This document shows, in pieces, positions 1-13,756 of a DNA stretch of 64,000 bases. Positions within the stretch are counted from its first letter, which is position 1. Each line of letters opens with the position of its first letter. The notes under the pieces are model-generated. The model searched no databases. It had not been told where the DNA came from and saw only the letters and a list, made by a program, of their open reading frames with translations. A program made the translations under genes and the position numbers. Source of the stretch: Lepidodermella squamata (lineage: Eukaryota; Animalia; Gastrotricha); the NCBI GenBank assembly GCA_047495785.1, contig JBLDXI010000009.1, forward strand, positions 3,224,001 through 3,288,000, given 5' to 3'.

Positions 1-256
1 CATACAAAGATAGAATTGCCCTAAATTATATAGGCCGAGTAGCTTGGCCAATTCAATATTTTACGATATAACATTCATAAATCGTTTATATTTGAACTCC
101 GCCATGCTCGATTTACTCATCTCAACTCGTCGCCGATTCGCCTCCGATTCGTTTCGATTCGTAAATCTCGGCCGGCTCCGTTCTGATATTAACTCATATT
201 ATAGCATACAAATATTACATGCTTGCGTTAGGATCATAGGTTTAAGCGGAAATCCG

Positions 257-1981
257 ATGCCGAATGACAGCCAATCGAGCTTTTTCACAGTTTTCGACAT
301 TACCGTCGTGTTCCTCGCTCTGCTAGCCAATAGCTGTATTTTAAAGGCCGTACTCAAATGCCATTTCAATTTGACCGGCTACAGACGTTTCCTCATCAGC
401 TTGATCGCAGGAGACCTATACTTCGTGAGTCACATTTGTTAATAAGTTGATTTCGAAAAACTGCCATCCTTTAGTGTGGGGTCAATGTGTTGACCTTTCT
501 ATTCCAGCTGCTAGTCGATCTGAGTGCGACTGATTCGACTCGCCAGCTGAGTGCAGTTTTGGATCATGTATATTTCAAATGTTGGGCTAATATTCTACGC
601 ACTCTGCAATTGGTTGGATTCTTCCTGAACTTGCTCAATTTGTGCGGCATGAGTGCGGACCACTTCATCGGTGTTGTGTACCCAATCAAATACAGATATG
701 TGAGTTCATTATAGGACTGAAAGGTTTAAGGGTGAAGCTTCGAATTAATTTCAGATTATGAGTAAATCCGCTGCGAGGCTCGCTGTAGCTGCGGTTTGGG
801 TCTTTTCCTTCCTCTTCGGTCTGTATCTAATAATTGATCAGATGAAAGTAATGCGATCAGCGTTTTTCATTTTTTCAGCTTTCGTTGACTTACTTATCAA
901 AGCGATCACTTTGAACAGAACTTCTGATACTGTCGTAGCAAACCAGAACGATTTTTTACCTCCTGAGGATCTTACTAAGCCATTCTTTCAAAATTCTCAT
1001 CAAAGTCGAGATGAAAAGTTAGCATTTCTACTTGAAATGCTCCAACGAGAAGACGAGAGTTCTAAGGAAATCGGTATATCATTCAAACTAGCTTTTAGAG
1101 CCATTTTAATTTACTATAATAGAAGCTTGTATATTCCATCATGATACTAAAATGTGGTTCGAGTGCGTAATCATCTCGTTAGCCATCGTATGCGGAACGT
1201 TCCTCGTAATCTGTTACACAGTAGTGGTCAAAAGAGTCTCAGATGCAACTCGAAAAAACTCTTCGACTAAAAAACTCATTGGAACAACGGTACTGCTCAT
1301 TGGCGTCTTCGTTGTCTGGTAAATTTTGAGCTGTAAGATGACTGCTGGAATTTTAATCTCTTCAAATTCAGCTGGATTCCTTTTGTAATCTGGGAATTAA
1401 CCATGTATGTGATCTTCAAATCCGGAAGCGCTACGTCAAATTACAGTCCGATGGAAATTCCATACAAGGAGCAGCTATTGTCTAAGTTTGTCTGATTCGA
1501 TCACAGAGCGGCTTTTCTTTGAAATATCTGTTACTAGATCCCTGCTGATCCAGCAAATTTTGAGCTCACTTCAGCGGACCTATCCGTTAATTGATCCGAT
1601 CATTTATGCCGCTCGCATGCCTTCAGTTCAGCAGTAAGTTGCACATTTTCAAAAGCTTCCTTTCATGTAAATTAAATTTTCTTAAGGCAGATTCTGGTCC
1701 GTTTTGTCCGGCTGTTTCCTTGCTGCACTAATTTGTGCCTCAAGTTTCTAAGCAAACAGTCACACAAATCATTGCTGACCAGTTCAAACAACTTTTTCAT
1801 GTCAAAGACTAAATCTGGAAACTCACTCTCTGGGCTCAGTTACCGCGAGGGGGTGTTCAATATTAGGAGCCAGGCTGAGCAAAGTGTCGATCTCAAACCG
1901 GATATCGGTCCCACGTCTCCGACTGAGAAGCAATATTATTACAAGAATAATTTGCACTTGGGCACTTCCCACGATAGTTGA
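257..1981 (+). CDS. Class A orphan GPCR, cluster member 1 (multi-exon)
   Basis: ATG 257 (MPNDSQSSFFTVFD). TM1 'LALLAN', TM2 'LIAGDLY', TM3 'NLCGMSADHFIGVVYPIKYR', TM5 'KMWFE...CY', spliced CWIPF, TM7 DPIIY. About 50-nt GT-AG introns (e.g. 425-474). Confidence 0.9.
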
Positions 1982-3085
1982 GGATATCGATCGCAAAACT
2001 GGACCTAATAATGATGACGTAGAAATAATAATGAATGACGAATAATTCAGAATAAAATTTTTACAGACTATACATTGAGAGCACACATATTTCAATATGT
2101 GTATTAAATCTAATTCGAGAACGCTCTCATGAGAGAAATGCTTAGAAATGCACGATAGATTGGATTGCTACAAAATTGAATTTGTCTTCGCACCTCAAAT
2201 CTATTTCATCTGCTTTTGTTTCAAGGATGTGCCATTTAGACCCCAGCAGATAACAAAGTCAAAATCGCACCTTTTTTAATTTGGTTTTATATGCCTCTCC
2301 TCCGCAAGATTTAATAAGCCCCGAGTTCTTCATTATATTTTCGATTATAGTTGGAAAACATGATTCCCCTGGGGTCATTGAAATGCCCTTTCCCAACCGC
2401 AGAAAAAAAACAAGGTATCCCGTAGTGATTCATTACTTTACTTTTATGGAGTCCAGACTTGATTGCAGCGATAACAAAAAGGAAGCAGAAATAATTGCCG
2501 ATAAAACCACGCTCTCTGTAGTGCGCATACGCGATGCACTCGCGCCTCATTTATCACGCGGTGCATGACGAACCGGTGCCGAGCTTTATAGCAAAAATAT
2601 ATAAAAAAACTAAACATCATCATCCTTCATTTAGCAACCAGGATATCTTTCTCGAATGGCGGAAAATCAATAAAAAATTACGGAAGCCGTTTAAGCTCGC
2701 GAGTTTGCATATATTTCGTTGTACCTACAAGCCCTGACTTGTGTGGGATGATTGTTGGCTAACCTCCATGTGAACTCTGCCAAGCTTTAATAATATTGTA
2801 GTGTAAATCGTGAATATTAGAAAAAATTGTCACTCTCGCTCGGACTTTCTGCTGCACTATAGAAAGGAAACATTTTACGCCATGTGACTAGAATGCTTTA
2901 CTAAAGCAAGTACTTAAGAAAATCAATTGTAATTAGTTCAACTTCGCCATTCCCAAATCTATGCAAATATATAAAACAAACACTCGATTAAAAGGATTGA
3001 GATTGCGTACAAAGGAGTATTTCATTTACATACAGACGTGGTGTCGTAGCTTTGAGTTTAATTTTGTAGATATGCCTTGCCCAAG

Positions 3086-4908
3086 ATGATACAATTTAAC
3101 GAAGGCCCGCGTGGATCCTTCATTTTCTACGATATTTTCGTTGTTGCCCTTGCTCTTGTCGCGAATCTGGCAGTATTTATCGCGTTATCCAAGGGAAAAT
3201 TCGCACCAACGTCATACCGAAAGTTGCTAATCAACTTGAGCCTTTGCGACGCTTACATCTCCGTAGTCAATGCCGCTACATTGTTCTATCAAATCTCAGT
3301 CCTTGAGTCCTCAAGCGACTCTAGTGGGTCGGCTGAAACAGCGTCTGAGTCAAGTAGAGTCTCAGGATGCGGAGCAAATGTTCTCAAAACATTGCAGTTA
3401 GCTGGGCTCTTCGCTAATCTCTTCAACTTGTGCTCAATGTCCATTGATCATCTTCTAGGCGTGGTGAGTTCAATTTTCATACTTACTCAGGCAATTCGCT
3501 AAATCTGCTTTTATATAGATGTGTCCGGTGAAATATAGAAGCGTGAGTTGGTGTGGTGGATTTAGCGGTTTTTTTCAACGTTTCCTAATCATCACAGCCT
3601 CTCAGTGACCACGTTGCAAGCGCCCTTGTTTCGACGACTTGGATTCTCTCATTTGCAATGGGTATGGCTATTTTGACATGAACTTTGCTCACCCAAAAGA
3701 TTCAATTTTTCAGCCTTCGCTGACATACCGGTTAATTTGTTCATTTATGCGGAAAGACAGCCGATCAGCATGCTTAATTCCAACAACACTCGTGGTAGCT
3801 CTATCAAATTCTTCACCTACCAAAATCAAACGCGAATGAGTAAGTTGCGATTAATCGGTGAATATTCCAAAGAAAACCGACCGATTTTTAGAGCTTACTT
3901 ATAAATCCGGACCTAGTCCAACTGCTCGTCCTATCTTTCCAACAAAATCATTCATACCCGCGCCTCCTTTTAAGACTGAAGTCGTATTCGAGGCGAAAGC
4001 GAGGAGATCTGAAAGAATTCTGGACGATTTTTTATCCGCAGTTGCTGCTGCTCAAGCTGACGCAAATTACACATCGCAAACCGTCAATTTGAATGATTTT
4101 CAAAGGAAAAACTTGCTCAACGAAACTCTCAGTCTACTTGACCGCGATCCAGTGGATTCTGTTAACAATCATGTTGCGCCATTAGGATCTTCATACTGCA
4201 ACATTTTCTCTGTTAAGAGGTTCTGGTTTGAATTGTGCATCATCGCGATGGTCGCTATATGCTTCCTGATGCTGGTCGTTTGCTATACAATAATCTTTTG
4301 CCATGTTTCTGGAAGATTCATGGATTCAACTGGGAAACGAACCCAGAAGCTCATACGAACAACTATGGTATTTTTAGGAGCTTTCATATTATGGTAAACA
4401 CTGTTGTATCTTTAATTTATCAAAATTGTAAGATCTATTTTGTCTTTCCTAGCTGGATTCCATTTGGTGAGTCAAAGCTCGGAAATTCACACCTTTATTA
4501 ATTGAAATGTTTTAGTATTATTTGAATTCGTTCTATTTTTGTCCTCATCAATGGATGCGAATTTCATAGCGAATGATGATCTACCGAGTTATTTGCTCAT
4601 TGAGAAAATTCTGCGATCTTTGCTGATTACTTATCCCTTTTTGGACCCTATCATTTACGCTTGTCGAGTTCCAACAGTCAGACAGTGAGTTCAATCGCTC
4701 TCCAATAGCAATGTTCCAAATATTATCAAACGTTGTTCCCAGGTTTTTCCAGAAGAGTGCATGCGAGGCTATTCTGGGTTGCCGGAATGCTGAACTGAAA
4801 TCTCCCCGAGCGAGCAACCTGGGTGTTCAAGAAAACGGCAGCGCTTCGAAAGCTCTGATCGGCGAAACTTCGCAGCAAATCAATAGGAAACGAGATTCAG
4901 ATCCATGA
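3086..4908 (+). CDS. Class A orphan GPCR, member 2 (ECL2 about 150 aa)
   Basis: MIQFNEG...; 'NLCSMSIDHLLGV', 24-nt micro-exon MCPVKYRS, 'KRFWFE', 14-nt exon 4453-4466 carrying (C)WIPF, LDPIIY. Confidence 0.9.
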
Positions 4909-5916
4909 TTATTCAAATGATTGATTTGAAATCTCGCGTAGTATTAAATAAACATGGATTTGCTTGTTCTTATTTGGCATGCTCATCGGTGTCCGAAGAA
5001 CAGGAGGTTACCGTACCCTCCAGCTACGCGTGAGAGTCGAGGCAAAAGACCCGGCAAATCGATAGGGCCCGGAAGCAGCGGTTCATACTATAAGCAACGC
5101 TGCAGCTTGAGCTCATTCCAAGTTCGGAAATAACTTGAATAGCTTGAGATTGAGACCGGCTATAGGTCCTCAATTTCAAGTTGAATCATAGCGATTCAAG
5201 TTTTTCTAAAATTGCTTCATACAGTAAGTTGTCCCATAGGTTCTTTCACTCATTGAATCATGAGACGTACTAAGACGCCGGGGCTCTTATAGCCCCATAC
5301 AAAAATCTCGGCGTCACGTGCCGGAATAACGCAAAAAAATCACATGCCGTCGGAATAAACGCTTAAGACTGGCAAATCAATAATTAATAATTTTAAGTTT
5401 TAGCAGTTATATTATATTTGTATGATATTTTCTCTTTCCAGATGAAGATCGAGGTCTTTTGGTTGAAGTAAAAATTGATCTTTGCTTGAACACGTGCATT
5501 TTGTGAATTCGATTTTTGCTGATCGCTGCTAATGAGGTTAATGCCGCGATGACCTTTGGACCTCATTAAAAATTGGTCTTGATCTTTCTGTCATTAGTTA
5601 GGGTAAGCATGTTCAAAGTCTAAATATATATGATTTGCGAGGGATTAATTTCTTATGAAATTTTAATGAAATTATGAGAAGCACTCTAAATTTAACCTGT
5701 CTTGAAAATGTGTTCATTTACAGCGATCACAACGCCCTCACGGCGTGGTTTCCATTTATTAGTTCCTTGTTAGCTATCCTTTTGCGTGCCACGAGCATAT
5801 TTACATCGCGAACGAGACATCCTATGTTCGCTAATAATCGATATCCGTATCACGCGACCTGCACAGCGAGAGTAAGTGGTGCAATTGTCTATCTATAAAA
5901 AAATAGGCGACGTACA

Positions 5917-7642
5917 ATGCTCGCATATTACGACCTGATCGTGGTAAACCTTGCAATTCTCGCGAACATTGTCGTGCTAGTTGCTGTCAATCGAAGTAAA
6001 TTTTTACCACAGCAAATTTTCTTCAGATACTTTCTGACATCGCTGGCATCATGTGATTTGTTCGCCGCGACTGTTAATCTGACAGCGATGATTTACGAAT
6101 GGTATCGTCAAATCAATGAAATTGTAGCAGTGAGCTGCGGAGCAAACGTACTAAGAACCCTGCTACTTTTCGGCTTCTTCGCCAACTTACTCAATCTCTC
6201 AGCGATGAGCATAGACCATTTCTTCAGTGTGGTGAGTACTTTGCGTTAAGGTGACGCTAAATTATGTCTGAACTTATGTTCCCTTAGATCTTCCCAATCA
6301 GATACAGAAACGTAAGATTGTTCAGGGTTTCCTGCGACTTGTTGTAGTTTATTGTTTTTCCAGACGATGACAGAGACGTTGGCTAAGTCTTGCATAATCG
6401 CTGTATGGGCTGTTTCGTTCAGCTTTGGTTAGTTTATGAAACCTGTCAAAAACACAATTGTTTCACCATCTATTTGCAGCCTTTGTGGACATACCGGTGA
6501 ACATCTTGATCTTCCAAGACCTTTCAACGTCTTTTAAATTACCTGAAAACAATCTGCGAAAAAGGGAGGCTGTAACCTCGATTGACGAAAACGATTCGGC
6601 AGAAGTCGACCTGTATATCTTCGAAATGGTTTTTAGAATCTTCAGTTAACCTTCATCAATTTTCAGAGACTTCGGCCCTCTATTTGGCAGGCCTTCCAAT
6701 GGGAACCTAACTCTAACCTCACCGAGGACACTACATGATCTTCTAGCTGAGCTACAGAGAGATGATGAGCTACAGCCTCTAGACGCTTGTACATTTTTCT
6801 CTGTCAAAAAGCTGTGGTTCGAAATGTGTGTTCTCGTGTTCGTCGCTGTTTGCTTCTTGCTCCTTGTGCTCTGCTATACAGCAATCTTTATCAAAGTAAC
6901 TAATTATACGTCTTTAGGGCTCCATTTATAGTTATGGATTTTAGGTATGTACAAGTAGATTTGACTCGTCCGGCAGGAGAGCGAGAAGAGTCATTGCAAC
7001 CACGCTGATTTTCATTGGGGCATTCACGACATGGTAAGGATCACGATCTTGTTCTATCACTTGTCTGATTTTTCGATTTTAGCTGGATGCCGTTTATGAT
7101 TTTCGAATTTGCGTCTTTCTTCGTCTTCCAAAACTCACATGCTGCCCGAAATTCCGAAAGCAATTACTTCAGGTACTTAATTTCTCTACCCCTGTTGATT
7201 TTTGCTGAATGACTGATGATTCTTTAGGAATCTGTTGGATTTATCCGCCTTCTTCAACTCATTAATGCTTAGCTACCAACTTTGCGATCCAATAATCTAT
7301 GCTGCTCGAGTTCCAGCGGTTCAAGAGTAAGCGTACAGAAAATTAATAGGAGTGGAACGAATATAGGATTTGTTTAGATTCATCGTTGGACTCATTTGCA
7401 AATGCTTGCCATGCTTCGAAAGTCTGAACAGACTGAGATGTCGGTGTCAAGATATCGCCATTAGGGAAATGAATCGATCGAGTGCACGTTTCAGCTCATT
7501 CAGCGGCATTGGCATCCTGAAAAAGCAGAATCTAGCGAGCACAGTGGATAATGTACAGCCGGAAATGATACACCTTAATGCCGACTATCAACTAACGACA
7601 CGACCTTTGAGTGTCTTTGAGGACATTGGAACTCCTGTTTAG
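5917..7642 (+). CDS. Class A orphan GPCR, member 3
   Basis: MLAYYDL...; 'NLSAMSIDHFFSV', micro-exon IFPIRYRN, 'KKLWFE', CWMPF, CDPIIY. Confidence 0.9.
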
Positions 7643-9359
7643 TTAATACGTCTTTAGAAAGTTGATAGTCCCGTTGACAACACAACATTTTTTGAATTGA
7701 AATGAATTAAGCTCAACAATTAAAATTGAGCAATGGTCATCGCTGTTGTAAAAGCTTCTTTTTTAATATGGCTTTTGGAGTTTCAAGTTTTAGGTTGTTC
7801 AATCTTGTAAAAGAAGGCTATTTTTACATACACATCCTGTCATGCATCCCACCTTCTGAAATTAAGGAAATTCCCAAAAAACCTCCGATGGTTACTTCTC
7901 AGTGCGTTCGAGTTCGATCAACCTTGTTTTTAGGCATGTGATCCATGAGCAGATGAGCGCAAAGCAGGAAACCGGATGCAACATTTACGTACACAAAAAT
8001 GATCAGCACCTATGTGAAAAACCGAGGCAAATAAAGCTCAGGTCCGCTATTAATTGAGCATCTGCAATCTAGCCGGTTTCGACACTTCGCTTTTCTCCAT
8101 TTCTCCACATCCGCCTACAAGCGAAAATAGGCAGGCTATTTGTATTGACAGGATGAACAATAACAGCGACTGGAAACTTCGACGTTTTTATTTGTGGGCA
8201 TATACACTGCTTGTCATACATGAATGAAATCGATTATTCCATGTTTGCTCATCAGAAACTAACAGTAAAGATGCTATTCAGTCCGAGGCAAACAGATGCC
8301 TAGTGGAACAGTATATGCGAATCTTTTTCTCCGCCACAAACTTTGCTATTATTATTACATTGTGTAATCAACTTTGCAGAATCTTAAGAATCCGCCGAGG
8401 ACCTTTCGCTGTCTGCAATGCTTCGCTATGGATTTTTTCATGCGGAAAAATGGTCAGCTTAGAAGTACAAGAGAATCTAATTACTATTGGTGGTTTCTCA
8501 CAACTGAAGCAATCAAAAGGCGCTCTGCATACTCTTTTTTTGCTAACCCTTTATCGAGCCTGTGTAGGAATCGCAGCTGAAAGGCGCGGTCTTCATTTTC
8601 ATTGCCATTTTCAAAGCCAGACGAATTTCCAAAGTGCTTCTTTATCAGCTTTTCATTATCACGATTACGCGGGCGCGTGACATGCCTGCGTCAGAATTCA
8701 ATCAATATAAATAAGTTCACCCATAGTCATAAATGAAATTTCACCTGCTGTTTTTATCTAGAAATTTCATGACTCCGTATTGCTGATTGTATTCTTCCGT
8801 GTGTAACCAGTTGATTATGGAGCAAGATTCCCTTAATGAGTATAGTGTAGGTTAAATCTGTTTTTAACGCACAAAAAATGACGTTCTTGTTTCTGCGTCA
8901 AGTTTGAAAATGTGATTCTTCCACGCCTAGAGCCTAGGGTATGTCACGGGGGAAGCTTTCCCGTAATAAATTATATTTCAAATTACAGAATTCAGATAGC
9001 CCGTGGGCCTTTTCGTGCTCACGAGACCAGAAACGGTCGCTAAATCGATAAAGACGGCTATAAGTACAACGATGCAAGACGGTTGAATTAGGAATTAGGA
9101 CAATTCATCCCCATATATACCACTAAGGATTATGGTAATGATGATTGTTATTCGCAGTTCGCATTTCTACTGCGTGTCGAACACAATTTTGCCCATTTCA
9201 CTGATGAAACTGTCCGTTGTTGCCAAATTAGTCTTCATATGTAGTGAATTGAGCGCCTGAAAATTACCAATAAATTTTAATGCTTAATTTTTCAATAGTA
9301 TTTATTATTCATAGGTTTTGGGTTGAACCAACTTTTAGCTGCAGAACAATCAGCGTTAA

Positions 9360-11147
9360 ATGGATGGGGTTAGAGATCCTAAGAGCGACTTCATCTATTA
9401 CGACATGACAGTTGCGTTGCTGGCCATCGCGGCGAATTTTCTCGTTCTGCTCGCAGTCATTCGAGGAAATCTTTGCAAGAAAACGATCTTCTATCGATAC
9501 TTCCTAATATCCCTGGCATCATGTGATTTGATAGCTGCTGCCGTGAATTTGGCCTCGCTGTTGTATAGGATGAACCGAAATTTATCTCAATTCGTTGATT
9601 CTTCTTCATGGGTTGTGCGATGCGGCGCAAATGTCTTACGAACGCTGCAATTATGCGGATTCTTCACAAACCTTCTCAATCTATGTTCCATGAGTGTTGA
9701 TCACTTCTTAAGCGTGGTATGATTTAATTTAGATTAAAATCTTGTTTTTTTTAATTTTCTTTTACAGTTTTGCCCAGTTAGATATCGTGCAGTAAGTTCA
9801 AATTTAGCACAGTAAGGATAAATGAATATTTCGATTTTCGCCATAGGTAATGACTGACCGTCTGGCTAGAATAGCGATAATTTCTATATGGCTGGCATCA
9901 GTCGCTATGGGTAAGCCGTCAAGTCAATAGTTGTTGTCAAATGTAGATTTTACTCTATCTTTTGCCACAGCTTGCATTGACATCCCGATAAACATACTGC
10001 TCTTCAATGACGCTGCACGAGATTCACATGCATCAAAGGATCACGCTTCTAACTTCTCCTGTTTCAATTGTGGAGACCTCCAGGGCTTGAGTGATTTCTC
10101 AGATGCTAACTACGAAGAACTGCTGAACAGCTCATCGGCTGAGCTAATGGACGATTTCAGCTTATCGTAATTATCTTCTGTTTCATAGTCATGTTTTATT
10201 TTCAAATGCAAAAAATTCTAGAGATGCCACATCCCTGAGAGATTCGAATGAGAGTGCCCGTCTGCTGAGTTTTATGGTCGCAAAATTTCAAGACTCTAAA
10301 ACAAATGCCGCTGATGTATGCACGTTCTTCTCACTCAAAAAAATGTGGTTCGAAATGAGCGTACTCTGCCTCATCGTAGTATGCTTTGTTATACTGATCG
10401 CATGCTACGGGGCAATTTTTCTGAAGGTAAAAGCTCTTCCAATTTGCTTCAACTTCCATCTAATTACTACAGGTTTCTTTACGGGCATCACATCTGGACA
10501 CTTCGGCTCGGCGTAGTAATCATCTGATCTCAACCACTTTGATTTTCATAGCTCTGTTTTCCATATGGTAAGCTTTTAGTTACAATTTTATCTAATTTAT
10601 AGACCTAGGTCGTTTCAGCTGGCTGCCGTTTATGATTTTCGAGTTTACCATGTTTTTGATTTCCCAACATCGTATAGTCGGATCAGATGGCCAATTTTAC
10701 GAAATTGGGTGAGAATAATTTAGGAATAACCATTTTAGTTTACAAAGATTGTTATTTTTGCAGCCAATTTCTGCTAATTCAGGCTCTGCTGACTTCTGTC
10801 ATGCAAACTTATCAATTATTAGATCCGCTAGTTTATGCCGTTCGTGTTCCAGAAGTAAAACAGTAAGCTTTCTACCTCGCTAGCTAATCGCTATTAATTC
10901 TCTAACTTGCAGAATGATTCTCGCTCCTTGGTTAAAGTGTCTTCAGACAAGGCGTATGAAAGCGAAAAGTGGCGTGTCATTGAATAGATTCAGTTCAGTA
11001 TCGGATGCAAAATCGCCCACTCTAGTCACGAAAATGGCGTCAGAAAAATCGATGCCTTTGCTGGATACGGACGACAAGGATACGCAAAATGTCGGAAAAC
11101 CGAAAACTTTGATCTTGTCTTGCCACTTTGAAAGCGGCATTTTATAA
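9360..11147 (+). CDS. Class A orphan GPCR, member 4
   Basis: 'NLCSMSVDHFLSV', micro-exon FCPVRYRA, 'KKMWFE', CWLPF, LDPLVY. Confidence 0.9.
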
Positions 11148-11485
11148 CAGTTTGACAATAAACGGCGCGACCGAGAAACGTAATTAAGCACGAGGTTTAA
11201 ATTAGGCGAAAAAACTGTGTCCGGTGCGAAGCGTTGGTTGATTAGCTGTTCCTATGACTGCGGAAAATGAGATGAAAATATTGTGACTCCGAAAGACAAA
11301 CGCTATAATCAGATCTCTTCAGATCACGCTCTGATGACGCGAGAGTTTTTCGTAAATAGATGTCAGATTTATGAAATCCATTATCACTTTTTAACGGATC
11401 GTACCATCAGCAAGGCAGTTGACTTTATATAAGCGCTCTTCACATACGATCGCATATCGCAGCATTTGACAGCTAACGATTGGCC

Positions 11486-13333
11486 ATGAATGTTTTGGGG
11501 ATTCACCCTTACAACTACTTCATATACTTCGACTACTCGATCGTAGCTTTGGCATTGATAGCCAATTCTTTCGTCCTATGTGCTATAATGAGATGTTCAG
11601 CTTTCAGCAAGCAGGTTTTCTACCGTCACTTCCTTATGTCCTTAATTGCCGCCGATATCTACATCACCGTTGTCAACATCGTAACGCTGTTTCATCAAAT
11701 CGCTCAAAATTACCCAACCACTGCTGGCGGAATGCTCCAGTACAAGATGGTTGACGTGGAATCGCCATTTTACTACTTCAAATGCGGAGCTAATATCCTT
11801 CGATCAATGAGACTCGCCGGATTTTTCGGTGAGTTTTTCACCCTTAATAGCTACAGAAGATGGCTGAAACTTTCCTTTTCCAGCAAACTTGCTCAGTTTA
11901 TGCGGAATGTCACTCAATCATTTTCTTGGAGTGGTTTGTAGTTAAAATCAGTAAAGGCGATTTGTAATTTTAAATTTTTATTTTGCAGATTCACCCGGTG
12001 AAATATCGACACGTAAGTCACCAGTTTTCCAACATATTAACTTGCCATGAATACCCTTCTCCAGCTTATGAGTCGCAATGTTGCTCGACTGTCCGTGTTC
12101 TTTGTTTGGTTCGCAGCATTTTCGCTAGGTTAATCTTCAAATTCCACTATAAGATGGACTATTTCATTCAATTGTTTTCCCTCCAGCGATGATCGACATC
12201 CCAATAAATATGATGCTCTATGAAGATATGTCAAAGAGCTTCGAGGATATTAGCGATGAAGGTCTTTTCACTTGGTACAGATTGACATATTTAACCTAAC
12301 ATTTTAGCCAAGGCCGTAGTTGCGAACGAAAAATGGGGAGATCCGATGGATGCAATCATGCTACACTCTAGCAGCTTCGATTCCAAATCAAGCGATGTGC
12401 ATGCTTTGATGTACGACGACGAAGAAGAAATGAAAACTGCGTCAATTACCGATTCCCCACATTCGACAACCCCTCGAAATCACGCTGAAGTGTTGGACAT
12501 GATGTTTGCCCGCTTGGCAGAGGAAGAGCGAGCTAGACAAGCGCTCTACCACGATCCATGTACATTTTACTCCCAATCAAAGATGTGGTTCGAAATTTGT
12601 GTCCTGACGCTAGTTGGCGTCACCGCGATAACTCTTGGCATGTGCTATGGTCTAATTGTCCGTAAAGTCAGTCAATTTCCTTAATTTTAACCTCCTTATA
12701 TTGTCTTGTCTATTCCAAAGCTCGCCCAGGTAACGAAAAACGGAGGCGAAATGTTAGGCCGTAGCTCGAAAAAGTCGATTTTCACAACTGTCACCCTGAT
12801 AATTGCATTTGTTTCCTGCTGGCTGCCTTTCATGACAGTAAGCCACCGTAATAATTTTCACTGAATACGTTTTGACAGTCCGATTCCCATAGTTTGAAAT
12901 GGTAATGCTCATTATTTTCCACAAGAACAGTGGGCAAGTAAGCCCTGACAAATCAACGGAAACCCTCGTCGCTCAGTCCTTTTTGGTGCAAAGCTTCCTC
13001 AACAGCACTCTGATGCTCTACCCCCTCATCGACGCCTTGATCTACTCAGCAAGAATACCGGCTGTCAAAAAGTGAGTCCCGTGTTGTGCCCTGGTATATT
13101 GGGACTATTATTGACGTTTTAAATGCAGCATAATTATCGAGAGGTTCCAGAAACTATTACCGTGTTGCGGCAAGCATTGTAAGCGTTTCGTTTCGAGTAA
13201 CCAAGTTTCCTCGGGTGACAGTGGCGCTGTCAATAATGCCCTTGAGAATGGAGCTACCCTGCTCGAGTTAGCACCCGCTACTTCACTGTTGGATGAGCAT
13301 TGCCGTACTGCCCGAGAGGATCCATTTCTATGA
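11486..13333 (+). CDS. Class A orphan GPCR, member 5 (NHF and DALIY variants)
   Basis: MNVLGIH...; spliced 'SLCGMSLNHFLGV', micro-exon IHPVKYRH, 'SKMWFE', unspliced CWLPF, IDALIY. Last exon ends ...EDPFL* at 13333. Confidence 0.88.
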
Positions 13334-13756
13334 AAGTATACGCATTCATATTGTTAGAAAAGATGAGGAGTACTAACACTGGGTTTTGACCTAGCATGCA
13401 AAACTCGATCGTCATGATCTGCCGCTAATCGCCGTGTTTGTCTTAAGCTGAAAATAAATCGACTATCCTTTCGTGCTACACAATCTTAGACGACGCGGAT
13501 TAACATTTCGGCTCGGCTGTGAACAAAACAAGCACATCACGCGTTCTATTGTATCGATTAACAGCCAACAGCTTTTTGATGATTCCTACAAAAAACAGCC
13601 ATTTTTCATCCATATAAAACAGTAGTATCGAAGTTAAGTCGGCTATTTTTATGGACAGGGAATAAATTAGTGTCTTCAGCTTTTCTGACCATATCTGTTG
13701 CACCGATATTTAAATACCTGTCAATCGAGCGTGTCAGTGACATCAGGCAATTAAAC

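Noticed and set aside
5280-5323. Minus-strand ATTTTTG (Sm-site-like) between two short stems, suggesting an SL, SmY or snRNA gene
   Set aside because: The upstream stem is only 4 bp, there is no recognisable snRNA sequence or splice-leader donor, and chance occurrence is likely.
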